Shown: in pieces, positions 9,328 to 20,202 of the stretch
Numbering within the stretch: position 1 is the stretch's first letter
Layout: the number at the start of each line of letters is the position of its first letter
Origin: a virus
Virus record (IMG/VR): IMGVR_UViG_3300037882_002578
Coordinates: 71,903 to 135,902 of that record
Strand: one strand, 5' to 3'
Length of the DNA stretch: 64,000 bases
Position numbers and translations under genes: made by a program
Notes under the pieces: generated by a model
The model's input: only the letters and a program-made list of their open reading frames with translations
The model's database searches: none
Told to the model about the DNA's origin: nothing

Positions 9328-12300
9328 ATGAGCTGTATACTAGAATATAATGCACAAAACAAAATAACAGGAGTAAAAGATGCAGAGGGTAACACTTCTG
9401 CATTATTTAATTCTATAATCTCTAACCCTCACTTATCAGTAGAGCAATCTGTTGATTTGTTTAAAAATACTTTTACTAAAAAGTTTAAGGGAGAGCAGTT
9501 ACCTATAGAGTACCGAAACAACAATAATGAAGTCTTTCAAACTTTTAAAGAAGCTTTAGATAACACAACTTCAGGAGATATTCAAGGATATAGTGGAGAT
9601 AATTTAATGTTTTCTGTAACTAGCAGTTCAAATCCTGAGTCACTACCTGGGTTTTTGAATTCAATGATTAAGGAAGATGTTATTCTAGGAGAAACTTTGT
9701 TAGATAATGGGCAAAAAGTAATTCAAGTTTCGGGAGCTTCGGAAACTATGAAAGCTATAAAGTCTCAACTTTTCCAAAATAGTTCTTTTAGCTACTTAGG
9801 GATTAACAAAGTTAAAAAACTAAGTAATGGTAACTTTATAATAGCAGAAGAAGAAGAGCAGAAAGAATTGCCAAAAGATTACAAAACATTTGAAGAGGAG
9901 TTAAGTTCTGACCCAATGTACAGACCTTATGGAGATTCAAAAGTAATTCAAGACGAAGTAGAATTACCTAACGAGGGTAAATTAAAAGTTCAAATACTTT
10001 CTCTTTTAAATAAGTTGGGCATAAAAACTATGGGTATATCAGAATACGTTTCAAAATACACCATAAAAAATGGAGTAGAACCTACAGCTCAAGCCTTAAT
10101 AGACATAGCAAATAGAGTAATAGCTTTTCAAGGAAATCAAATTTCAGTAGAAGATTTAACAGAAGAAACGGCTCACTTAATTGTGGAAGGTTGGAATTCG
10201 CAAGAGATAGAAAACCTTTTAAGAAATATACACAAGACAGAAGAGTGGGCAGAATTAAGCGAACAATACAGAGAAATCTATTCTAAAAATTATAGCGGAG
10301 AAGAATTAGAAACCGTATTAAGAAAAGAGATTTTAGGTAAAGTTTTAAAGAACGCAATTCAAAACAGTTTTCAAGTAGAAAACAAGACAGAAACACAACA
10401 AAATTTTATTGAAAAAGTAAGAACCTTATTTGAAAGTTTTTTCACTAAAGTACAAGTTTTATTTAAGCCTCAATATGTTTCCGATTTGCAAGAATTTAAC
10501 AATCAAGTTATTCAATTGCTTCAACAAGAGGAGTTACAAAACTACTTATCTAATGAGCAGTTATCGACTAGTAAGTTAACTCTGTATAGTGTACCAAACA
10601 GTCCAAAAGACCCTATGGCATTACAAGTAGCAGTAGCTAGAAAAGCTATAGAAGTGTTAGAAATAACTCAGAACCAACTTTCAAAGGTAAATGGAATTTC
10701 TTCTAGTAAAGAGTCTATTCTTCGTTTAAAAAGAAATCTTGACGATATTGATGAACAGAATAAACTCGCTTCTTTTGCAGGTATAGCCGCTTCAGTAAAA
10801 AATCAAATAAAGTATTTAAATAAAGCTTTAAAAAATAACGATAAAAAGAAGCACCCTTTCTCAACAGAAGAGAATGTTGTCTACATGACATTGCTTAATC
10901 AAATGAGACCTATACTTAGTGAAGTAGGAGCTTTATTAGAACCTTCAAACTATAATGACAGACTCATAAAAACAGAAATAGATGAAGCTATTATAGGTAT
11001 TCAAGATTTATATGGGCAAGTTAAAAGCATAGATAACTATGAAGTTTTGGAAAACTTAGTTGAAGATTTAGCTGTAAAGCACAATTGGTCGGAAGAGTCT
11101 AAAATAAACTATTTAAAAGTAGCAAAAGCAGCAAAAAAAGATACAAATTGGGCACATGCTTACTTTGGAAGTTTAAATCATGCTGAAAACCCTTTACTTA
11201 ATCTTTTTGGTGAAAACATTAAGAAGATTACTATGCAAACTTATAGAGACCATGCTAATCCAACAACAGATTTACTGTTAACTTTAGAGTCTTTAGGAGT
11301 TAGTCAAAAAGAGTTAAATTCTTTAAGAAGAAGTAGTTTTTTAATTGATGAAGTAGACCATCAAAAAGTTGAAGACAAAGTAAATGAGATAGAACTTAAA
11401 GCTTACAATCAATTTTCTGGACAAGAGCCTTTAGAAATTAAAGAGTATTTAATAAAGAAGAGAGAAGGTAATTTACCCGATGTTCCAAACGATAAGTTGC
11501 AAGAGTATAGAGAGGAAATTAAAGACGAATTAAATCAGTACTTAGAAAGACCTTTTAAAGATGAATACTATGCTAAAAAAGAAGCTCTATACGAACAAGA
11601 GAATATTTCTCTAGAAACTAGAAAATGGTTAAGTACTATTTCAAGTGACGTAGCTTCAATATATCAGAGAGCTAAAGATGAGAATGGAACTATAATATTG
11701 ACAGAAGACTTAAAGTTTAATTTAGAACAAATTGCTAAAGAAAGAGCTTTTGCTAAAAGTCCTTATACAACAGATGGCAGTTACAAGCAAGGACTTGGAG
11801 GAGTTATAGATTCAGAAGGTAATCTAGAAATAGTTATAGTTGGAAACACATCTGAAGAAGCTTTAAGGGCTTATGAACTTGCAAAGTTAGATAAGATTTT
11901 CCTAGAGGATTTAAAAAATAATAAGAAAGATGCCAAAGGCATACCTGTTAAGTTTATTCAGGAAATAGAAAAATTAGAATCTAAAGGAGACTTTAAAGGA
12001 GCTTTTGATTTCTTAAAACTAAATTCTTACTTAGGGTTTAACAGAGAATTTTGGGACAGTTTGGGCGCAAAAGAAAGTTTAATAGAGAGACTTTCAAACG
12101 TACAAGGAGATAATCAACAAAGAGCAGAAGAATTAATTTTCTCCATTAAAGAATTACAAAGCAAGAGAAACAATATAATAAAAGGTAATAGAGTACTTAA
12201 CCAACCTTCAGAAACAGATGTAGAAAGAATGTCTAAATCTGAGAAAGAATACATAAAAGAGTACACAGAAAAGTTACAGTTATTATATCAAGAAGCTTCT

Positions 12301-14880
12301 ACATTTTTTAAGAAAGAAGCTAGTGAGGAAGATGTTGAAGAAACTTCTGAAAATACAGTAAATCAAGCTTATAGAGACGCTCTAAAAGACTTAGGAATAG
12401 TAGGAGTTGCAGAGTTAGATTTTATAAGAGAGCATACAACGTCAAACGGTAAGGCAGATATAGATTCAGCTAGAACTTTTGTAAATATGTTGTTAAAAGG
12501 GCAGTTAGTAAACATACCTAAAAAGTTTGAAAAATATTTTAGGACTAATTATCCTAAAGACCCTATTCAAAGACAAATTGCTGTAGAGAAAGATTTAATA
12601 AGATATGCTCAAACAAGATTATTACCTTATTACACTAAGTTTTCTCCTGCAGGGTATGATGCTTTAATTCAGGGCTTAAACAGTGGAAATAAGAAAGTTT
12701 CAGAATTACTTCAAGAAGTAGCCGATGGACAATCGCCTTTGACAGTAACTCCAAATTATAGTTTCTTTGAAGCAGAAGAAAGAACAGATTTAAATGAGAA
12801 GTACGTAAGAAATTATGAAGGTGGAAGATATCAATTTAAAGGAGATGATTTTAAAAGTGCAGACTATGTAAATCTTTTTGAGCCAGATGAAAATGGAAAT
12901 CCAACAAAAAATGAAAAGCTGTTTAAAGCTAGACAAGCATTATTAGATTACCATAGAGAATCATTACAAGCAACAGATACTTTAAATCAGCATAATATAT
13001 ACAAACTGCCTCAACAAAGTAAATCTAGTTTAAGAAAATTAGAAGCTTTTGCAAAACAGCCTTCGTTTGGTAAAATTAGAGAAGGTATAAAAGATACAGT
13101 AGGATACAGAGAAGAAGACATAGCTACAGGAGAAGTTATAGAAGGAAGCGAAGAGTTCAAGATAGAGAATATGAAAATTATTCCTAAATATGGCTTTAAA
13201 GACTTAGCTAATCAAGATGACTTATCAGACGAACTTTTAACTAGCTACAGTTGGATGCACGAACAAAGTATGTTGTATAGAGCTAGAAAAGAACATATAG
13301 GACAAGCTTTAATGCTACAAAGTTCCATACTAAATGACACTTACATAGGCAAGCAAGCAGCAGCTACAGCAACATATAAAATGTTTCAATCTCACATGGA
13401 TGAAGCTTATTTTGGAGTTAAAGAGGATATCGATTACAACATAAACTTTTTTAAGAATTATAATGTAAACGTTTCAAAACTTTTAAGAATATTTTCAACT
13501 TTTGTAAGATTTAGAAACTTAGGTTTTGCAGTCATTTCTCCAGCAACATCTTGGATAACGGCTCAAACTCAATTTTACTTGGAAAATAAAGTAGGGGAGC
13601 ACGTAGATATGTCATCTACTAAGATGGCTAATAAAGAGTTTAGAAAACTAGCAGGAGCAGCTATAGCAGAAACGGGCGAAATAAATTCAAAAGCAAGGTT
13701 AAACATACTGTTGGAAAACTTTCTAGTGTACGACAAATCAGAAAGACTTAAAAACTCTTCCTTTGGAAAAGTTATGAGAAACATGGTAAAATTACCTTAT
13801 GCAACACACTCAATGGGTAACTTTCCAGTAATCCCTAGAATAGCTTTAAGTGTAATGTATGATTACAGAATTGTAGATGGAAACATTCAAAACTTCAATG
13901 AGTTTAAAAGAGCTAATCCAACTTTGTCAAGTCTAGAACTTAGAAATACTTGGAATGCGAATGAAGAGAACGCCATGTACAAGTTTATGCTTACAGATGA
14001 TGGAAAGTTTAATTATGACAAAGCTAAAATGGAAACTTTATTAGGTAGGTCGGGAGAAGAATTAGAAAAATATCTAAAACTTAAGAACGAAGCAATCTAT
14101 CAAAGAATTAGTTATGCAGTTCAGAACATAGATGGTCAAATGCCTGAAGAAGAGAAGAGCATTTCGGCTCGTAACCTATTTTTACAGTTACTCACCGTTC
14201 ATAGGTCTTTTATACCTATAGCAACAGCTAGAAGATTTAAAAATAAACACATTTCTCTAATGTCAGGACAAGTTGAAGAAGGCTCTTATAGGACTTTAGG
14301 TAGGTTTATAAAAGGTTACTTTGAGCAGTTTACTAAAGATGACGTAAAAAACTTAGGTAAAGATATAAAAACTTATTGGGCAGAGTTCACTAAAGATGAC
14401 GATAACGCTAGAATGAACATGCAAAGAAACGGTAAAGATTTTCTAATGTTAAATTTAATTGCAGGTTTAAGTATTCTACTATCTAAAATAGCTGATGACG
14501 AAGAGAATAAAGACGTTTTCGCTATACAGGCTGTCAACTACTTAATGTTAAGGTTAACAAATGAAACAGCCTCTGTAGGTGTTGCACTTCCAGCAACTTA
14601 TTATGAAGTCGTAGAGTCAAGTTTTGTCGGATTAAATGTTATTCCTGATGTTTTATCAGTTGGTGATATTGGAAATGATGAACTAGTAACAAGTGGTAAG
14701 TGGTATGGAGCTACAAAGAATCTTAGGTATTGGGGACGCAATACTGGGTTGATAAAATCTTATTTTGATTTAAAAAACGTGCAACGTGTTAAGGATTCTT
14801 ACGTTAGAAATTCTGGAACTTTTATGTATTTTACACCCGCTTATCTTTTATCTGAGAGTAAAGATGAAAAAGAAAACTAA
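9328..14880 (+). CDS. Giant (1850 aa) putative virion-ejected protein
   Basis: Single uninterrupted ORF, helical and charged. No DxDxD RNA-polymerase motif recognised. C-terminal hydrophobic stretches. Confidence 0.6.
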   Translation: MSCILEYNAQNKITGVKDAEGNTSALFNSIISNPHLSVEQSVDLFKNTFTKKFKGEQLPIEYRNNNNEVFQTFKEALDNTTSGDIQGYSGDNLMFSVTSSSNPESLPGFLNSMIKEDVILGETLLDNGQKVIQVSGASETMKAIKSQLFQNSSFSYLGINKVKKLSNGNFIIAEEEEQKELPKDYKTFEEELSSDPMYRPYGDSKVIQDEVELPNEGKLKVQILSLLNKLGIKTMGISEYVSKYTIKNGVEPTAQALIDIANRVIAFQGNQISVEDLTEETAHLIVEGWNSQEIENLLRNIHKTEEWAELSEQYREIYSKNYSGEELETVLRKEILGKVLKNAIQNSFQVENKTETQQNFIEKVRTLFESFFTKVQVLFKPQYVSDLQEFNNQVIQLLQQEELQNYLSNEQLSTSKLTLYSVPNSPKDPMALQVAVARKAIEVLEITQNQLSKVNGISSSKESILRLKRNLDDIDEQNKLASFAGIAASVKNQIKYLNKALKNNDKKKHPFSTEENVVYMTLLNQMRPILSEVGALLEPSNYNDRLIKTEIDEAIIGIQDLYGQVKSIDNYEVLENLVEDLAVKHNWSEESKINYLKVAKAAKKDTNWAHAYFGSLNHAENPLLNLFGENIKKITMQTYRDHANPTTDLLLTLESLGVSQKELNSLRRSSFLIDEVDHQKVEDKVNEIELKAYNQFSGQEPLEIKEYLIKKREGNLPDVPNDKLQEYREEIKDELNQYLERPFKDEYYAKKEALYEQENISLETRKWLSTISSDVASIYQRAKDENGTIILTEDLKFNLEQIAKERAFAKSPYTTDGSYKQGLGGVIDSEGNLEIVIVGNTSEEALRAYELAKLDKIFLEDLKNNKKDAKGIPVKFIQEIEKLESKGDFKGAFDFLKLNSYLGFNREFWDSLGAKESLIERLSNVQGDNQQRAEELIFSIKELQSKRNNIIKGNRVLNQPSETDVERMSKSEKEYIKEYTEKLQLLYQEASTFFKKEASEEDVEETSENTVNQAYRDALKDLGIVGVAELDFIREHTTSNGKADIDSARTFVNMLLKGQLVNIPKKFEKYFRTNYPKDPIQRQIAVEKDLIRYAQTRLLPYYTKFSPAGYDALIQGLNSGNKKVSELLQEVADGQSPLTVTPNYSFFEAEERTDLNEKYVRNYEGGRYQFKGDDFKSADYVNLFEPDENGNPTKNEKLFKARQALLDYHRESLQATDTLNQHNIYKLPQQSKSSLRKLEAFAKQPSFGKIREGIKDTVGYREEDIATGEVIEGSEEFKIENMKIIPKYGFKDLANQDDLSDELLTSYSWMHEQSMLYRARKEHIGQALMLQSSILNDTYIGKQAAATATYKMFQSHMDEAYFGVKEDIDYNINFFKNYNVNVSKLLRIFSTFVRFRNLGFAVISPATSWITAQTQFYLENKVGEHVDMSSTKMANKEFRKLAGAAIAETGEINSKARLNILLENFLVYDKSERLKNSSFGKVMRNMVKLPYATHSMGNFPVIPRIALSVMYDYRIVDGNIQNFNEFKRANPTLSSLELRNTWNANEENAMYKFMLTDDGKFNYDKAKMETLLGRSGEELEKYLKLKNEAIYQRISYAVQNIDGQMPEEEKSISARNLFLQLLTVHRSFIPIATARRFKNKHISLMSGQVEEGSYRTLGRFIKGYFEQFTKDDVKNLGKDIKTYWAEFTKDDDNARMNMQRNGKDFLMLNLIAGLSILLSKIADDEENKDVFAIQAVNYLMLRLTNETASVGVALPATYYEVVESSFVGLNVIPDVLSVGDIGNDELVTSGKWYGATKNLRYWGRNTGLIKSYFDLKNVQRVKDSYVRNSGTFMYFTPAYLLSESKDEKEN

Positions 14881-14937
14881 TATTTAATTAGTTTTAAAAA
14901 GTAAATTTTTATTATCATATTTACAAGGTAATTATTC

Positions 14938-15018
14938 AGTGAAGGCTTAATTACAATTAAAGTATTATTATATTTCCGCTTGTAGGGCTACTTCACTTAG
15001 CTTTACTTGCGGATTTTT
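14938..15018 (+). promoter_or_regulatory. Putative pseudoknot-forming 5' leader of GIY-YIG endonuclease
   Basis: Hairpin TCCGC-tt-GTAGGGCTA[CTTCACT]TAGCTTTAC-tt-GCGGA plus T-run. The loop is complementary to AGTGAAG at 14938-14944. Confidence 0.55.
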
Positions 15019-15024
15019 ATTTAT

Positions 15025-16308
15025 ATGAAAAGAAAAGTTATTATAGGGATTTACAAAATCACGTCTCCAACAGGAAGAGTTTACATAGGCGAAAGTAAAG
15101 ATATTTACAAAAGATTTTCCAACTATAAAAAACATAATCAAACAAAAGCCCAACCTAGAGTACATCACTCTCTAAACAAATATGGGTGGGAGGCTCATAT
15201 TTTTGAAATAATTGAAGAATGTGAATTTGATGATTTATTTTGTAGAGAAAGATATTGGCAAGACCACTATAATGTGCTAGGGGAGATGGGTCTTAACTGT
15301 AAACTAACTAAATGCGGGGAGTCTAAAGCTGTTTTTTCAAAAGAAATACTTAGCAAGATGAGTACAAGCTCTTCTGGTAGTAATAACCCAATATCTAAAA
15401 AAGTTATTGACACTCATTCTGGAGAAATATGGGGTAGTATAGGAGAAGCTGCTAAATATTTAAAAATTAATATGTCAACTCTAAGAGGATTTTTAAATGG
15501 AAGTAATCCAAACAAAACTACTTTATTGTTTTTGTCTGAGTACAAAGGAGAAAAAACTTACCCATGTATGTCAGAACAAAGAAAAATAATTGACACAAGT
15601 ACTAAAATTGTGTATAACACTCAAAAAGAAGTAAGAGAAAGCGGATTGCCAAATACAGATAACATTTCAAACAAGCTAAATGGTAAGACTTTTAATAATT
15701 CTTTTTTAATGTATTTAGATGAATATGATGAAAGTATAGGTATAAGGGATAATACACCTCCTCCAAAAGGTAAAAAAGTTATTGACACAAAAAGTGGAAA
15801 AATATTTAATAATGTCAAAGAGGCTGCTCGTACTTTAGATATTCCACCAACTAGACTTAAAAGTTATCTATTAGGAAACGCTGCAAATCCAACAGATATG
15901 GAGTACTTACACAATTACGAGAAAGGTATAATATTAAACAAATTTAAAACTATAGTTAGAAAAGTTTACGATACATTTTTAAAAATTGAGTTTAACTCTA
16001 TAGCTTCCGCAGCTAGGTATCATAATATAAAAGTAGGCACACTTAGAAAAAAATTATCAGGAGAGCTTTCGAATAACACTTATATGGTATATTTAGAAGA
16101 AGCATTAAACAGTAAAATAAAAATCCCTGATAGTTTAAAATTAAAAGCAAGAAAAGTTTTAAATACAGAAACACAAGTTGTTTATTTATCAATTACAGAA
16201 GCTTCTAAAAAAGAGAAAATATTATATCATAATTTAAGAAAGTACTTAAACAACTTGTTACCTAATCCAACACCATTAGTATATTTTTATAATCAAATCA
16301 ACCCGTAA
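15025..16308 (+). CDS. GIY-YIG homing endonuclease with five NUMOD1/IENR1-like repeats
   Basis: GIYKITSPTGRVYIGES N-terminus, then five K(K/R)VIDT-like repeats (KKVIDT, KIIDT, KKVIDT, RKVYDT, RKVLNT). ATG at 15025. Confidence 0.85.
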   Translation: MKRKVIIGIYKITSPTGRVYIGESKDIYKRFSNYKKHNQTKAQPRVHHSLNKYGWEAHIFEIIEECEFDDLFCRERYWQDHYNVLGEMGLNCKLTKCGESKAVFSKEILSKMSTSSSGSNNPISKKVIDTHSGEIWGSIGEAAKYLKINMSTLRGFLNGSNPNKTTLLFLSEYKGEKTYPCMSEQRKIIDTSTKIVYNTQKEVRESGLPNTDNISNKLNGKTFNNSFLMYLDEYDESIGIRDNTPPPKGKKVIDTKSGKIFNNVKEAARTLDIPPTRLKSYLLGNAANPTDMEYLHNYEKGIILNKFKTIVRKVYDTFLKIEFNSIASAARYHNIKVGTLRKKLSGELSNNTYMVYLEEALNSKIKIPDSLKLKARKVLNTETQVVYLSITEASKKEKILYHNLRKYLNNLLPNPTPLVYFYNQINP

Positions 16309-16338
16309 AAAGCCATTTTGGTAATTTACGGGTTTTTT
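16300..16338 (+). terminator. Intrinsic terminator
   Basis: AACCCGTAAA / TTTACGGGTT stem followed by a T-run at the endonuclease stop. Confidence 0.75.
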
Positions 16339-16421
16339 CTTGTTTAATATATTTTTTATTGTTATCTTTGTATTTGAAAAAGACTGTTTTATATTTTATT
16401 CCCGCCAAAAAACTAAAATCA

Positions 16422-19400
16422 ATGGATAAACAACAAATACAAAAACTAAAAAGACTTGGTATAAATACTGATAAAAATACAATTGAGGTATTTGAAGATT
16501 TAATCAACGTAGCTACTCATCTATTTGATGAACTAGAAGTTAGAGAAGAAGATAGGTTTAAAGCAGAGCTCTTCCGTCACAGAAAACCAAAAAATTAAAA
16601 TATTATGATAGTACCTAATACAAGTAAGACTTTAAACCAAGACGGAAACACTTTCAATTTTGAAAATTTAATTATAGCTTCTGTGTATATTAATGGACAA
16701 ATAAAAAATATAAATGATTTAACACAAGAAGAAAAAGAACAAATACTAAATTTATGAAAAAGTATAAAAACCATATATTCGTAGAATTACCAAACAGTCA
16801 AGGAGGAGTTAGTGCAGACACATCCGATGGATATTTAACTTCAACAAGCGGTGAAAGAGTAAAACTGCCCCATAAAAATTACACTCTACTAGGAATAGCA
16901 GATGAATGTATAAATGCACCTTATGCAGAAAAATTTTCTAGAGATATTGTAAGTATAGGTGAAAATGGGCTATACCTTGACTATGACATAGGACAACATC
17001 ATTATGAATCAGCAAGTGACAGTTTTCAAACTTTAGTAACAAATTTAGATTTAAAACCAACAGATTATATTTTAAGAGATGAAAGATAAAGAAACACCAG
17101 GAATAAATCCTCAAAAATTTGAGATAGTTTTAGATAAAGAGTGGCAAGAAGGAAAAGTACACTACATAGCAGGATTTGATTGTTATGAAAAAGAAAGGTG
17201 TATTAATTTATATCATAAAATTAGAAAGTTTTTAGGTTTAAAATATAAAATTAAAGAGCCTAACAGTAAAGTGAACATAATGAAATATCATGCTAACGGT
17301 TTAATCACGCATTTAGAATATGAAGGTAGGCAATAACAATTGGATTAAACAACAAGAAGTAGAGTTTTTTAAAACTTAGCAAAAACTACAAATTAAATTA
17401 CATTGGGAAAATGGTAGAATAAACTCAGAAGTAGAAAATGAAAATACAAAAATATGGAAGAAATTAAGAAAATAGTTAGAATAGGTGTTTCAGGTTCACG
17501 TACAATTACAGACAAAGATTTTGTTTTTCAACAACTTGATTTTTATTTAAGCCGACTTTTAAGAGATAACGAATGTATAATAGTGCATGGAGGAGCTGTT
17601 GGGGTTGACAGTCTATGTGAGTTATATGCGCAAGAAAAAGGAATAAAAACAGAAATCTATTTACCTGATTATAAAAATAATCCTTCAAAAATAGCCCCAA
17701 TTCTAAGAAACCAAACCATAACAGACAACTCAGACTATTTTATAGCAATGCAACAAAACAAGTCAAGAGGAACTCAAGATGCAATAAACAAAGCAATTAA
17801 AAGAGGAATACCAATAAAAATAATTACAATATGAAAGAAAGTATTTGCCAATTATGTGAATATTCAAGAAGAGTCTCTTCAAGAGAGTTAGAAAATAAAG
17901 GTTATGTAGGTTGTTGCTTGCCCATAAAAAAAGAAAAAGCAGGGTTTAATGTTGATAGAGAATATTCTTTCATAGAATCAGGAGAAGAAGTTGCAGAAGG
18001 TTGGGTAGATTTAAGGTCAAAACCTTTTGGAGATGGAAGTGGAGTTTCAACAAACTTTCAGTTGATTACTTTAGGTATAAAAAGATGTTCAGAATTTAAA
18101 GAGTAGAGTATGAAAAAAGAATTTAAATTAAGTAACATACCTTTTGAAGTACAAAAAGTATGGGCGTACCAAAGCTTAAATCAGCCTGTAGGTCTAGAAC
18201 TATATAGAGAGATAGAAGCTACAATAGAAAAGTACCCTCAATACTTTCAATGGGAACATACTTATAACAGTATTCCTAGAGAAGTGCACAGTAAATATGC
18301 AGAAGAACAGTTAATCCTTTATTATAGTTTTTATCCGCCAAAAGAGTCAAACATTAAACCAGGAGAAGGTATCTACAATTGGACTAGGAGACAAGAAGCT
18401 ATACCTGCTAAAATAAATGTAAAAGGTTTAGAGAAATCTCTAAAATATATATTTGAAACCGCACCAAAAATTAAAAAAGAATATGAAACAGAAAAAAGAA
18501 AATTGTGGGACAAACACTATAAAGAATATAAACTCAAATACAGAGAATAAAACACCATACTACAAATACCATTACAAAAAATGGATACTAAACGGATACT
18601 TAGAAAATGAAACAAATAGCAACACTATACGCAAAATACAGAAGTAAAAGTACAAAGGAAGAAGGGTCTTACTATGATTTTGAAGCAGGTTATCTTTGCG
18701 CCGAAAAAGATTATAATAAAAGAATCCTTGACGAACTAAATAACCTACGTAGCAAGCTCTCTCAAGAAGAAACTCCTAAATTAGGTAAGATTATAAGTCA
18801 AGATAAAATAAAGGTTTTAAATAGCCAAATTGAAGTACTATTAAAAATAATAAAATACAAATGATAACAAAAGAGGATTTAAAATTAGCTGTAAATTACC
18901 TATTTAAAGAGGATAAAAAAGAATATCCTATTAAAATAGAAATGAGTTTAATGAAAGAAAACATTCAAAGGTATTTAATAGGTGAAATGACTAGTGAAGA
19001 GCTAATGTTAACAAAACCAGGAGATGCTAAATTAACTTTTTATGATAACGGAAATTAGAATGGAAATAGAATCAAAAAATCACTATTGTGAAAGCTCAGG
19101 AGAAAAATGTAATCAACAATGTAAGTTTTGTAAAAATGAAGAGTAAAGAGCAGTTAGCAAAAGAGTATATAAACCATCTTTATGGAGATGTAAAAAAAGA
19201 AGATTTGCCTATGTATGAACTTGATGTACACCAATCATTTTTGGATTTTAAATCAGGATTTAAAGTGGCTGAAGGATTGTTTAAACCAAAATGGTTAAGT
19301 GTTGAAGAGTATCTTCCAAAAAATGTAACTCCAGTACTCGTAAAAGGAAAGTGTTGTGATATATGTGAACCTAAAGTAATAGCTGAAATAGAAGATGGAG

Positions 19401-19471
19401 AATGGTTCTTAAGTGGACACGGAGAAAACTTAACTTTTAAACCTACGCATTGGATACAAATTCCACAATAA
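16422..19471 (+). other. Block of about 10 short hypothetical phage ORFs
   Basis: Tightly packed ORFs 16422-16598, 16754-17089, 17079-17336, 17831-18106, 18110-18550, 18607-18864, 18861-19058 and 19088-19471. The last has a DUF551-like W...P...V.HW..IP C-terminus. Confidence 0.6.
17454..17834 (+). CDS. SLOG-superfamily protein (DUF2493/YspA-like)
   Basis: IGVSGSR...IIVHGGAVGVD...RN..I.D motifs. Confidence 0.8.
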   Translation: MEEIKKIVRIGVSGSRTITDKDFVFQQLDFYLSRLLRDNECIIVHGGAVGVDSLCELYAQEKGIKTEIYLPDYKNNPSKIAPILRNQTITDNSDYFIAMQQNKSRGTQDAINKAIKRGIPIKIITI

Positions 19472-19477
19472 AAAAGA

Positions 19478-19514
19478 AACCCCTAAAGACTAACAATCTC
19501 TAGGGGTATTTTTT
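19478..19514. terminator. Bidirectional terminator at the convergence of the + and - blocks
   Basis: ACCCCTA..AGA / TCT..TAGGGGT stem flanked by an A-run and a T-run, between converging stops at 19471 and 19490. Confidence 0.75.
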
Positions 19515-19680
19515 AAGTCAATAAGTAAATCGTAACGCTCCCTTTTAAGTAATTCTCTTTCTAAGTCAGTTTCAAATTGTATAGTGTCACACACATTACC
19601 AAACTCATCTAAATATTTCCAGGTTTTAAAATCTTTCAAAGAAATTTCATCTAAAACCTTTTCTCTGATTTGTAAATACT

Positions 19681-20202
19681 CTATTTCCATATCATATCTA
19701 AATCTCCAAAAACATTTGAATTTTCATTCTCCCACCAAAATAGCAACATACCATCATCTTCTCTGCTAAAAACTTCAACACAGTAGTCTGCATAAAAAAT
19801 AGCGTTATCTTGGCAATACAGGCAAGCAAAGTCGTAACTAGCAGACTTATGTGCATAAAGTTCTAAATTATCATGTAAAGTTTTAAAATTACGACCTCTA
19901 AGTATTCCACTATCTATGAAAACATAGTGAGTATTCGGCTCTAAATTTTGAGCAAACTCTTTACAATAAACAGGATATATTTCTTCAAACGGAGTATTAG
20001 GATATGGCATCTCAAAGTTGGTCATTTGAAGTGGGTTGTCATAATAAGCGTGAATAACTCTCTGACTAATCATTGAAGAAAAGTCAGGACTGCAGTTAAC
20101 TATTACCGTTTTTTCTGTTACTATAGGTCGTAACATTTCTATTAGAGTTCCAATATCTTCAAACTCTTTCTCTCTTGATATTCTAAAATATTTATTTTTC
20201 AT
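19681..20202 (-). CDS. Phosphoribosyltransferase-fold protein
   Basis: YVFIDSGILRGRNF resembles the PRPP-binding loop of type I PRTases. Confidence 0.5.
   Translation of the reverse strand: MKNKYFRISREKEFEDIGTLIEMLRPIVTEKTVIVNCSPDFSSMISQRVIHAYYDNPLQMTNFEMPYPNTPFEEIYPVYCKEFAQNLEPNTHYVFIDSGILRGRNFKTLHDNLELYAHKSASYDFACLYCQDNAIFYADYCVEVFSREDDGMLLFWWENENSNVFGDLDMIWK

Noticed and set aside
9328-14880. crAss-type virion RNA polymerase
   Set aside because: No DxDxD catalytic motif seen (NIDGQ is the nearest), so size alone does not support the call.
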